From Eimeria praecox (lineage: Eukaryota), in contig OY986948.1 of NCBI GenBank assembly GCA_963920595.1, forward strand, positions 2,542,001 through 2,606,000: a stretch of DNA of 64,000 nt, in the 5' to 3' direction. The position numbers and the translations under genes are program-made. Shown in pieces: positions 53,401 through 64,000 of this stretch. Within the stretch, counting starts at the first letter, position 1, and every line of letters begins with the position of its first letter. The notes beneath the pieces were generated by a model, which was not told where the DNA came from, did not search any database, and was given only the letters and a program-made list of their open reading frames with translations.

Positions 53401-54886
53401 AAAGAAACGTGCCAAACTGTGTGTCCATTGGCCTTTGCTTGCGCATTTCAGCGCCTGCTCACTAACGCAAAACTGCCAGCACGGGAAGGATGCCCGCTGA
53501 AGAACGCAGTGCAGACAGCCCTCCTCCACCCACAGCATTGCCTTGCCGAGAGAGCGATATAGCCAATCTTCCAGCATTGCCATACCCAAGGCACCGTACT
53601 GCCCAGCGCGCAAAAAACCACAAGCATGCTCTGAATAATGCCGAAAACGTGGTAATTATAATATACACACCAGAGTATGCACTAGGGTACAAAGCACCAT
53701 CAGCTGAAATGCAAGCTCACTATCTGTACGTCTCGCCATGCCATGAGCGGTGCGTGCTAGGGAAAACAGGATGCCACGCCAGCCACCTTCAAAGTGGAGC
53801 AACGCACACACATAGGCTCAAGTGCTGAATGCTCGGCGTTTGTCCTGATTTTGGCAGCTGAAAAAGAAACGTGCCAAACTGTGTGTCCATTGGCCTTTGC
53901 TTGTGCATTTCAACGCCCGCTCACAAAGGCAAAACTGCCAGCACGGGAAGAATGCACGCTGAAGGATGGAGTAGCAAGAAGACTCTCCCAGGCATCGCCT
54001 TGCCGAAAGGAGCATCTACGCCACCCTGTGGCATTGGCGTACTCCCTTACCCAACGCACCATACTGTTCACTGTGGAAAGAACGATCAGTATGTTCGAAA
54101 TAATGCCGAACAAGTGGCAAGTGCAGTGCACGCACCAGGGTATACGCAATGAATGAAGCGTACAAAGCGCCATCAGCTGATATGCCGACTCACTAGCTGT
54201 GCTTCCCTAGACGCCATAAACGTTACGTGCTGCCTGAAGCAAGATGACACGGCAGGCACCTTTTTAATGGAGCGCCGAGTGCTGAAGCGCTATCTAGCAT
54301 GCAGCAGGGGGCTCGGCATGTGTCCTGATTTTGGCAGCTGAAAAAGAAACCTGCCAAAATGCTGAGCCCATTGAACCTCATTTGTGCATGCCAACGGCGG
54401 CTCATAAAAGCAAAGTTGCCAGCACGGAACGGACACACGCTGAAGGGGGCAGTACGGAGAGGAGGCCTCCTCCAGCCACAGCATTGTCTCGTCCAAAGAG
54501 CGAAAAAGCCAATCCTGTGACATTGCCTTGCTGACCTATCACCATACTGCCCACCGACAAAAGTCCAACCAGTAAGGTTTGAATAATGCCTAAAACGTTG
54601 GGAGTGCAATACACACACCAGGGCATACACAACGACTAAAGCGTACATGGCAGCCTCAGCTGATATGTCGACTAACTAACTGTATTTGCCTCCATGCCAT
54701 AAGCCTTAGATGCTAAGTGGAACAGAACGGCACGGTAGGCACCTTCAAAATGGATCACTGCAAGCGCAAGTGTTAGTCAGGAGACACCTTGGATTTTCTC
54801 CTGATTGCGGCAGCGGAAAAAGAAACCGGCCAAAATGCTGAGTCTATTGTGCTTCGTTCGTGCATGCCAACGGCTGTGCACAAAAG

Positions 54887-54941
54887 CACTAAAAACGTAA
54901 TTCAAATTTTAAAGAGATAGGAATCGACCCTATGCATAACG
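54887..54941 (-). pseudogene. Short second copy of the apicoplast-like trnQ 3' end / spacer / trnW 5' end fragment
   Basis: 55 bp aligning without gaps to 55056-55110 (aaagagatagg.atcga.cctatgcataacg). AT-rich and unrelated to the satellite consensus. Confidence 0.7.
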
Positions 54942-55025
54942 CCTGGGCATACGCAACAAAGAAAGCGTACAAAGCAGCCTCAGCTGATGTGCCAACCCAG
55001 GTTCTGTACTTCGCTCGACAGCGTA

Positions 55026-55067
55026 AGGGTTTTGGAGACCCGTATTTTACCATTACACTAAAAGCAT
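55026..55067 (-). pseudogene. trnW: 5' half of a plastid/bacterial-type tRNA-Trp(CCA), probably apicoplast-derived
   Basis: Reverse complement reads ATGCTTT TA GTGT AATGGTAAAATAC GGGT CTCCAAA ACCC: acceptor 5' strand, D arm with GG, and an anticodon loop containing CCA. Truncated before the T arm. Confidence 0.75.
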
Positions 55068-55077
55068 CATTTAAAGT

Positions 55078-55130
55078 TTAAAGAGATAGGGATCGAACCT
55101 ATGCATAACGAAATCAAAATCCGTTACCTA
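55078..55130 (-). pseudogene. trnQ: 3' two-thirds of a plastid/bacterial-type tRNA-Gln(UUG), probably apicoplast-derived
   Basis: Reverse complement reads TAGGTA ACGGA TTTTGAT TTCGT TATGC ATAGG TTCGATC CCTAT CTCTTTA A: anticodon stem-loop with TTG, a perfect T stem with GTTCGA, and the acceptor 3' strand. The 5' end is missing. Confidence 0.8.
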
Positions 55131-55999
55131 CCTGGCACGGCCCACCACCGTGCAAATGCCAGCCAGGAAGTTCTGTATAATGCCAAAAACGTGCCCAGTG
55201 CAGTAAACACACCTGGGCATACGCAACAAAGAAAGCGTACAAAGCAGCTTCAGCTGATGTGCCAACCCAGGTTCAGTACTTCGCTCGACGGCATAAGGGT
55301 TACATGGTTAATGGAATAGGATAACACAGCGGGCACCTTTATAATGAAGCACTGCAGGCTTAAACGTGAATCAGCAGTCATTAGAGGTCAGGGCATTCAC
55401 CCTAACTGTGACAGCTAAAGGCAACGCCAGTCAAAATGCTGAGTCCATTGTGCTTCGTTTGTGCATGTCTACGGCTGCTCACAAAGGCAAATATGTCTGC
55501 TGCGTGGATCCCATGCACGTCAACGGACGCACCTTCAAGGAAACTCTGCCCGGCTCAGGATTGTCGCACACAAACCAGCCCGCTGCCCATGCAAGCACCC
55601 ACCGCAAAGTGGTGAATGATTTGGAAACATCTAGCAAGTTCAGTACAGACTTAAAGGCATACACAGAGGCTAAGGAGAACACTCCGGCTCAAATGATATG
55701 GTGACCCACTTTCTGTAGTTTTTCAGACACGACGAGCGTTGCAAGCTAACTACAGCAAGGTGATACAGTATTCATGTTTGGATAGCACATAGCGGGTCCA
55801 TACACTCGAATCGTGCGGCAAACGAAGCATCTTCCCGTGGTGCCATGGCAACGTGCGGCCTCCTAAGTTTAGAAACCGCCAGAGCACACACTCCTTTGCC
55901 TGGCATCCAGCCTGTGCCAAGGGTGCCATGGCCATAAATCCTTGTACTCGCAAAGCATGAACCTCAGCACATCAAGCTCAATATATGCCAAGCCTGCAT

Positions 56000-58900
56000 C
56001 AGGATAGATGGAAAGAATGTATGGACTGAAAGCGCCTTAAAAACAGCATGGCGGTAGTGCAAAGCACGTGCAGGAACCACACTGCAAGGAGAACAAATAT
56101 AAACACCTGAAGTGCTCGGAACGACCGAAGAATTCCTTCGCAGTTGCCATATGCTTGTGCAAGTGCACGATGAACCTATGTTCGTCAGATAGGATAGACA
56201 GGTGCGTCCCCCATAGGCCACGCTTGCGTAAAACGCCAAATCCCACGATGAGATGCCGCTCTCCTGCTGGTCTCTTGGAGGCCCGGCTACCTTCGTCAAC
56301 CCTGCAGGAGCGCTGCGGGCATATCCCACAAAAACGAATCTAGCGTCTCACAGATTCGCCAGTTCTGCAACTAGACTTTTTCTGTTCACACGCAGGACGC
56401 GTGAGCGAGCACCAAGTCAAGGGAAGAGGGCAGCACACGAAGGATCTCCCCTGCTGTCCCGCTTCTCAGATGTGCATCTTCATGAACAGAGTACACCAAA
56501 ACTGCTGGAGGTGTGGATTTATCGATTTGTCGGCTGAACTCCGAACGGTGGCTCAACGAAAGCGTTGTAAATGTCAAATGCAAATGTAAAAAACACGCCT
56601 ATCAAGGCTGGCAAAACTTGCCTAAGTGCGTCGTGTGCACTCCGCCTAATAAACCTGCCTGTTACTCATGGCGTACGCCGTTAGTGGAAAATTGCACTCT
56701 GCATAATACAGGCTATAGCTGACACGTAGCCTGCCAATGCTACAGGGCAATAATGGAACCGCAGCAAAAAAGGCCCAAGTTGCTTTCTGCATGGCTTAGG
56801 TTGTAACCCTAGGGGCACGTATGGGTCGTAGTAGTGTAAGCGCCATTGCGCAGAGCCAAATATTCCTCCAGACGCAGATGTCTGTTGCCGAAAGTAACAC
56901 ACCTTCTGCGCGGTTAGTTAGGAATGCTGTCAAGCTTTCGCAAGCTCGTGCATTTGAAGAGGACCGATCCCCCACCCGTCAAGGATTCAGCCTCGCCGGA
57001 CGATCGAAGCCAACACAAGCGTTGCGGCCCTTCGTTGGCGTGTATGAACTATCAACATTCCAATGCAAATGCTTTTTGAAGCAAGGCAAATAAACGAACA
57101 GTATGCACTCAGCTCTTCGCGAGGTGGCCAAACAGCACCTTTGTGCGCATTCCAGCCCCTGAGGAACGATCAGTTTCATTGATGCTTCACTTCCAATTTG
57201 CGTTTTACTGTTGGCAAAAGGCCCGTGAACCGGCTCTCAGCGGCGCGTGCAGCACCATCCAGCCTCCCGGTCTACACAAATGTTATCGACAATGCTGCAC
57301 CTACCAGCATCATCCCTTAGTTTTGAACCCGCATCCCCATTCAGCGTGTCCTCCTTCCAACACGCCATCAAAGAAGTACAAAGCATGAAAGGCTCGCGCG
57401 GCAAGTAAGACTTGTACGATATCCACCGCGTTTGCTAACCTGCTGCCTTAAGACTGGCCCTTGCATCATGTGATGTCCGATCATGGCATGTTCAAATCGC
57501 CTATGACATAGCTTGTATGCCTCCACCCACTCAAAAATATAGCAACCCCCTGAGTTTTCGGCTGCGTAGTGTAGGGGATTTGCTCCAGACGCTAACGCAC
57601 CTCCTGCACCAACACAGATGTGGCGTACAGCCATGATTCGAGATGTGTTTGGAACTGCTACCGAAGAACAGCTCACTGCTATAACAGCTAAACCTACGTT
57701 AAGCTGATAAACGCCATATCCATTATGCCATTGCATCTTCTCACTTGCCCAAGACGGCCTCGACTGCTTAACCATTTCGAAATGCATTTCGCACTTGTGC
57801 GGCTACGGGCGCTTCACAGCATTCCGAAGTGTCCAGCTACTGATGCAGGCGAAACAGCGATACATGCCAGCTATCCGCAAAAAAGAAAAGTCACTGGGAC
57901 GGAGCTCGTCTTTCCGCCTGTTCAGGTGGGCTCGTCTACCATAAAATGTCTGACTGTCATGTGCTCAAAGCACCTACGGTATCGTGCTTATTCTTCCACC
58001 CACTCAAAAATATATCAAACCCCTGAGTTTCCGGCTGCGTAGTGTAAGGGATTTGCTCCAGACGCTAACGCACATCCTGCACCAACACAGATGCGGTGTA
58101 GAGGCAGGACTCGGGATGTGATTGTAACTGTTAACGACGAACAGCTCACTGCTATAACAGCTAAACCTACGTTAAACTGATAAACGCCCTATCCATTATG
58201 CCATTGCATCTTCTCACTTGCCCAAGACGGCCTCGACTGCTTAACCATTTCGAAATGCATTTCGCACTTGTGCGGCTACGGGCGCTTCACAGCATTCCGA
58301 AGTGTCCAGCTACTGATGCAGGCGAAACAGCGATACATGCCAGCTATCCGCAAAAACGAAAAGTCACTGGGACGGGATTCGTCTTGCCACGTGTTTAGGT
58401 GGGCTCGTCTACCATGCAATGTCTGATTGCCGTGCGCTTAAAGGACTTAAGGTATCGTCCTTATTCTTCCACCCACTCAAAAATATATCAAACCCCTGAG
58501 TTTCCGGCTGCGCGGTGTAGGGGATATGCTTCAGAAGCTAACGCACCTCCTGCACCAACACAGATGTGGTGTAGAGGCAGGATTCGAGATGTGTTTGGAA
58601 CTGTTAACGACGAACAGCTCACTGCTATAACAGCTAAACCTACGTTAAACTGATAAACGCCCTATCCATTATGCCATTGCATTTCACTTGCCGAAGATGG
58701 TTTCGGCGGGGCGGCCATGCACTTAAGGCTACTTACACTTCAACATGTGTAGCGTCTAACTTGAGTTGCAAGCGAAACAGGGATGCGTGCCAGCGTCCTG
58801 CAAAAGCCAAAATTCACTGAAGCAGAACTCGTTCGGCTGCGTCACTTCGTCACCTCACCTGTAAGTCACCAAGAATGCAAAATGTTGAAAAGTTCTCTAG

Positions 58901-59750
58901 AGAATACCTGGCACTTTTAAAGTCTGCACACCAACTAAACATCAGCCATGACTAGGGGGAAACCGTGCAGAGGTCTAGCGCAACTCCCGGTATTGCGACG
59001 CATTATGGTTTGCCTCTTCAGAACCCAAACAACGCCCAACCAGAAGGAAACCACAAACCACCGCTGCCTTAGCGGCGCAAGGTGTTTGTGAAATAGGACC
59101 AAAAACGGGTAAAATAATAATGTATAATTCTGGATGCCCAATAGCTGAATGGTATCGGCGTTATGTGCTATGGGAGCTATCGTCAGGCTGCTAATTCGCT
59201 GGTGAATGCCGCGCGCACTCAACTGGTGGCGCGCAAACCCCAAGCGAAACCTGGGAGAGCATCAATCAGTGGGTTGCATGAAACGCATTGCCCCATGCTT
59301 GGCGTTTTCCGCTTATCGCCCACTGCGCTTTTGTATTAGGGCCGTTAGTGACCAGCTGCCTGCCAATAATGCAAATGCCACTCAGTTTACACAGTCGGAG
59401 TTTGCTCGACACACACCACAATCCGCTCCAATACGAGCAACCACTACTCACGATCTTATTGTAGTGTCATCTTTAGGGCTTTTCCCAACTCAAAAGGAGT
59501 GTACACTGTACAACAGGTTCGCGCTTCCGAGAATTACCGGAAGTTGCCTTGGTGTGGCGCACAGCTGCAAGCGACTTTCACCGTGCTCCGCCTGCTCAAG
59601 AAGGCAGACAGGCAAAAAGGCTGAGAGCCTTTGAGGAGTCAGAGGCCATTTGGAAGCATATCAACGCCTATGCTGTGGGAAGGCGAACAGACACAGCCAT
59701 GAGCTGCTTTAAACGGAACCTGGTACCGTCGCCACGGGCTTTGCTGCATT
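56000..59750 (+). mobile_element. Decayed Ty3/Gypsy pol remnant E (RT-RNaseH-INT-chromodomain), containing the 473 bp repeat
   Basis: MPL..SLGGPATFV (56253; cf. MPFGLKGAPATFQ), SRFSDVHL (~56458), IFLQTQMS...KLSQ (ORF 56821, RNaseH), QLPANN..QFTQSEF (ORF 59206, GPF/Y end), AKRLRAFEESEAIWKH (ORF 59549, chromodomain). Confidence 0.55.
57522..58682 (+). repeat. 473 bp tandem repeat (~2.5 copies) derived from the integrase HHCC-core region
   Basis: TCCACCCACTCAAAAATAT at 57522, 57995 and 58468; ORFs 57725 and 58198 start identically. Relics: SKHLRY, PAPTQMW..RDVF, LINALSIMPLHL (cf. MVDSLSKMAHF), RLRALHSIPKCPATD (cf. RLIRYHGFPEVLISD). Confidence 0.93.
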
Positions 59751-60929
59751 GTCCGACAAGATAAGATGGTACATACATCGAGGAACTACACCTTCGCAGG
59801 ATTCCCATTCTTCCCACTCCCTCGTCACTTATGGGCCCATCAACCTAGTAAGGCACTGCCCGTCTTTCCCCCGCTAAAATCTCCTTAGTGAGTGAATGGC
59901 TTATGCTCAAACAGCACGCCCCTGCGACTGAACGCAAGACATCCCCTACTAGGTTTGCAAGCCCATTAGTACGCGCGCACTCTGACGACGCTGATGCCGC
60001 ATTGTGGCGCCGCAGGTACCCTCTGACTTTGTCTCCGTAGTGACAGAGAGCAACACACCAACTGAAGGACCAACTATCGTTGCCACAGTGGCGGTTCTAC
60101 GAATCCTCGCAGATAAAACTGAATGATACACCTGTCAGTCAATGGCCCAGCGGGGTCAGGCTATTGATGCAAGTAGCGGAACTGGTTCTCCGCCTCAGCC
60201 TCTGCTAGCAGAGCAACTGGGTGGATAGGAGGTTGTCAGCGCCTTGCATCGCTACAGCCCATCGGCGACCCAGTATAAACTTCACCACCTAATGAGCAGC
60301 ACGTGGCACTTTGATGCTTCGCATGCAATCTGCTTTCTTTTGTGTGCTCAGGTATGCTTGATTTCCTAATGTCGGAATCCAAGTCCCAATGGGGTATCCT
60401 GGGCCCAACTGGCCTGCCCATACAGACGCACTACTAAGATTCCCCCGTAAATGTTGTCCCTTGTTGCAGCACGCCTGTACGTCTATACTGCAGCCTCTAA
60501 CTCACGGCAGCAAGCTTTTAAGCGTTCGTCCGTCTCATGCGATGGGTAGCAGCAACAGAGACGGGGGTCCTGTGGCCCTTAGTTGGGGCTGCAAGCGTAT
60601 TGCGTGCACACGGTCCACTTTCTAAACCCATAGGACGTGCCTACTGCAGGCGCTGCAGGGAAACAGAGGTGCCTGCCACCTTGCATGGCAACAGCAATTC
60701 GCGCAAATTTGCCCAATGCAGTAAGGCAGTTGGCACACAGATGCTAGCAGCCAATCCGCTGCCCTTTCGTATCCGCCCTCCCTTGCAAGAAAAGCTTGCC
60801 CTTGTCCTGCTCTACGCCAAACAAGGTTGCAGGGAGCAAGACGCCAAGCAGAGTCAAAACACAAGTGGAAACAACTCCCATGCAGCCGAGGAATCAAGTG
60901 CTCAGCCCGTTATTGCGCACAAAACCTAA

Positions 60930-61045
60930 AGACATAGCCAGCTAGCACATGCGAGGCATTTAGCATGCGCATTATACAAGCTTAAACAGACACAGCCAGC
61001 TAGCACATCTGAGGCATTTAGCATGTACATTACACAAGCATAAAC
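60930..61045. repeat. 58 bp tandem duplication
   Basis: agacatagccagctagcacatgcgaggcatttagcatg... at 60930 and agacacagccagctagcacatctgaggcatttagcatg... at 60988. Confidence 0.9.
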
Positions 61046-61199
61046 AGAGGCAACGTTCAATCTACTACACAGTACTCTGTGCACACCGCCAGCTAAGCGT
61101 TAGAATTCACTTTCCAGCAATTAGTGTCAAATGTGATTGCATACCTCCTACCACGGTGTTCAAATGCTGCAAGGAGCAGTTAGACAAATTGCAACCCAC

Positions 61200-64000
61200 C
61201 GCATCAAGCACAATTTATATGTGTATGTCTGGCCCCCGTTCTTGATGTGTGCGTCGCATGCAGCCACCCATCACTTCCCTTACAAGTCTCACACCAGCTA
61301 CTGTTCTTGCGTACGAAGACGTTTCCTGGCGAAGCCGCACCTTCTTGAAACCCATCCAATGAGGGGGAGGCTAGATCAGCAGCCCGCGCGTGTTAGTTGC
61401 GAAATGCCTCTTTAAATGCAATACTATAAAGGGGTTGGCAGTTGCGTTGTTGCATGCTTTGTCAAAAGCACAAGGCCACGACAATTTAGCAAAGATGATA
61501 GAGTACATCTAGGTGGGCTCAAGCGCCCACTAGCTCCTACACAGCACATACTCACACAGATTCGCCTGCTTGGCACCCAAACCAATACATCAGAAACGAG
61601 GTGAAACGCACCACGTGCGCATGCTTAGGTGCATCTTCCGTTTGTCTTTAGAGCCCTTGAGAAACGCGTGTATCCTGCACATGCAGGTAATTTCACCAGC
61701 TAACAAGCAATGCAAAGCATCCCCGCTTGGCGTAGAGCACGCTGGCAAACACCACTCCGCATCGGCAGCGAATTCGCATTCTTACACCTAATTAAGAGCG
61801 CGCGCAATGCCTACCTGCATCCGCTTCCACCTACCGAAGGTATGGTGTGACGCAAGAAAGGCAAACGCCTGTCTGCCGATGCAAACGACTGCCATTCTAA
61901 TGCACGGAAAAGTTACAAGCAACGACGACCGGCAGAAGTGTGTATGCGCTGGTTATTAAAAACTACCAAACCGCAGTCGTTTGCAACTTATGCTCATTGG
62001 CATCTGAACAAGTTTGCAAGAGGCGCAGTACGAAATAATCATATTCTACAGACGCAGCGTAACCTATGTATATCTCTGTGTTGTACCAATGTGCATCAGG
62101 CCGTCAACATATACGTGCCCCTCAACAACTAAGTGCCCTCGCACTCCCTGCATCGCAGCGTATGCGCAACGATAATGATTGAAATTCGTAAAAACTTGCT
62201 CGCTCGGTTGCTTCCCCGAGCTACTTTCTACGGCCGCCAGCCAGTCCTACTCAAGGGCGAGCAAGCATCAACTAAACGCGTTTGTGTAATGGCTTGCTTC
62301 AGCCTTTTTTGCCGCCATGAATGTGCAAGAAAGGCTTTGTGGCCCTTCCCCACCAGGACACCAAAACACCGACCGGAGCCACACAGCGCACGCTGCAGCC
62401 ATTTGGATGGCTCAAGTGCACTCAACCAAGTAAAATGGACACAACACAGCAACATTTAATATGAACATCTTCACGTTAGGGCTTCCCACAAACAGCCAAA
62501 CCCTACATAACTATGCATGCCAAGATTATGCGCTTCACGTTGCCCTGCGGTACGTTATCGACGCCAACCTCTATGACTGCCTACCACCCAAGCAGAAGGC
62601 GTCCTCCCCAAATAACTGTTGCCAACGCTGCGCAAGCCTCAAGCGTTCTGCAGCCACATGGCATCCCATAACTCCCTGAACCTGCAATTCATTTCGCGTC
62701 TGGTGACTGGCCGCAACCGACGCCCAATTCAGCTGTTGGGAGAAACTCCGTTAGAGCGCACACATCACGCTCGCAAGCGACCCACGTGGGAATTCTGCCA
62801 GTGTACCAAATACTTCACGTGCAGAGGTTAGAGTGGGCTTCTGTGCATGCGCATCTCACAATCTGCGTCCAGTGGGTCCCCACGGCATCTCATCTTAAAT
62901 GAAGATTGCCTAAGCCACCAACTCCGTACACCCGGTACCTGTTATGGGCAAAATTTGCAGCACGAAGCCGCAGAAGTTGTGCTTCCTCTTCAGCGTTTCG
63001 CAATACCGCCGGACAGGCCCTATCAACATGCGCACATCAACGATAGTCCCGCACAATAGCCAGTTCATCAAACCACAAGCGAAGGCATGACACAACATAA
63101 AGCATGGAGCATCCCATACTCAAGCACAGGCTGGAAACGGAGGCAAGCAAGCGCCTGCTACCATATCAAAAATCCATACGAACCTCTCAGAAGCAACCGC
63201 AGCAGGCTGCAAACGCACGCGGTGTTTCCAACAAGAGGATCCATGCCAGTCTCGATAGGGATCACAGCAGCACCCTACATATTGCTGCCATTCCGTTATG
63301 CAGAGGTAGCTGGATACGAAGTTGCAAGGCTAGCTTCGTTAGTGCCTGCAACGCCTTTTGCATGAGTGCAAGTGGACGCGCCATAGAAGACCCAGCCGAA
63401 TAGGGAAGGCACAATGTAAAGCTGAGCCTGGAATTGTGTGCAGCTTAGTCTACTCCAGATGTCTTATATAATAATATAAGGTGCATCACAAAGGCTGCCA
63501 AAATACTGTGCTTGTTAGGGCGAATGGCTCTACACTGTATGATGCGGATACAATGTCTGATCGTTGTGCCCTCAAGTCGCGGAAGGTATCATCCATTCTC
63601 TTCAAGTCTGTTAGATCAATATCAAGCCCGTGCGTCTAAACTTGCATAACGCAGCTGATTTGCTCCAGGCAATAACACACTGCCTATAACCTCACGCAAG
63701 CAGCACGGTGAAGGGCTGTGATATGCCTGTAAAGCTGCATGCCACGTGACTGGCTTTGGGGCATAGATATCGTTTCCGAACGTTATCCAATAGTGAAGGG
63801 CTAACCTAATGCTGACCGGATCGGATTACAGCCCAAACTCCAAGTAGTCTCAACACACTCACCGAGCGGACTATCGCCGAGTAAGCCACAACGGGGAGTC
63901 GCACACAGTTTTGAGTTGCTCCAGGCAGCGCAAGGCACGCATGCACATACACTTCACATATCAGACGAGAAAGAAATCTCAATATGTCAGAATGCGTCCT
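61200..64000 (+). mobile_element. Decayed Ty3/Gypsy pol remnant F (runs off the window end)
   Basis: ILQTQRNL (~62043), SVCATIMIE (~62157; cf. SPICAPTIMVD), IFTLGLPTNSQTLH...LRYVIDANLY (ORF 62461; cf. VMPFGL..APATFQ...AYLDDVLIY), KNPYEPLRSNRS (ORF 63087, RNaseH start). Confidence 0.55.

Larger units (their letters stand above)
47457..55500 (+). repeat. ~470 bp satellite, ~17 monomers, derived from the N-terminal half of the Gypsy reverse transcriptase
   Basis: Anchor GCCAAA(C/A)TG at 47884, 48350, 48781, 49251, 49682, 50144, 50613, 51083, 51542, 52012, 52471, 52941, 53411, 53873, 54353, 54829 and ~55430. Monomer relics: ANLPAL, LNNAKKVV..APGYTQ (cf. LGGAKYFSTLDL.AGFHQ), PPATFK (cf. APATFQ), CTC GAC GTT T GTC CTG ATT (cf. 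LDDVLI). The centre is homogeneous and the edges are diverged. Confidence 0.95.

Noticed and set aside
55026..55130. Functional tRNA genes
   Set aside because: Both are truncated (Trp lacks the T arm, Gln lacks the 5' acceptor and most of the D arm), so neither can fold a full cloverleaf.
47457..55500. CRISPR-like array
   Set aside because: Whole ~470 bp monomers repeat; there is no short repeat with unique spacers, no cas genes, and the context is eukaryotic.
3200..64000. An intact or active retrotransposon
   Set aside because: No long pol ORF; catalytic motifs (DTGA, YLDD, integrase D,D-35-E) are degenerate wherever located; no LTR pair or TSD could be identified.

Overview
Eukaryotic DNA, most likely a coccidian apicomplexan (Eimeria-like), inferred from TGCATGCA clusters, CTG runs and a plastid-type tRNA insert. 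Only one plausible host gene is visible: the 5' end of a signal-peptide plus transmembrane protein at 1-260 (minus strand). A low-complexity block follows (975-3004). The remaining ~60 kb has no credible intact ORF. Reading across stops and frameshifts, it is a head-to-tail, all-plus-strand stack of heavily decayed Ty3/Gypsy (chromovirus-type) gag-pol remnants. Three tandem arrays appear to have been amplified from these dead elements: (i) a ~4.2 kb macrosatellite (about 6 copies plus an outlying 2.3 kb block) whose unit spans gag knuckle-PR-RT-RNaseH-INT-chromodomain with no visible LTR; (ii) a ~470 bp satellite (about 17 copies, with dimer higher-order repeats) from the RT N-terminal half; (iii) a 473 bp repeat from the integrase. 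The window also has a G/T to A/C strand-skew switch, two overlapping perfect hairpins, and an apicoplast-like trnQ-trnW insert. Together these make it a candidate centromeric or pericentromeric domain (inference). All protein-motif matches were made by eye against remembered Ty3/Gypsy pol motifs and need HMM or tBLASTn confirmation. Element boundaries are approximate.
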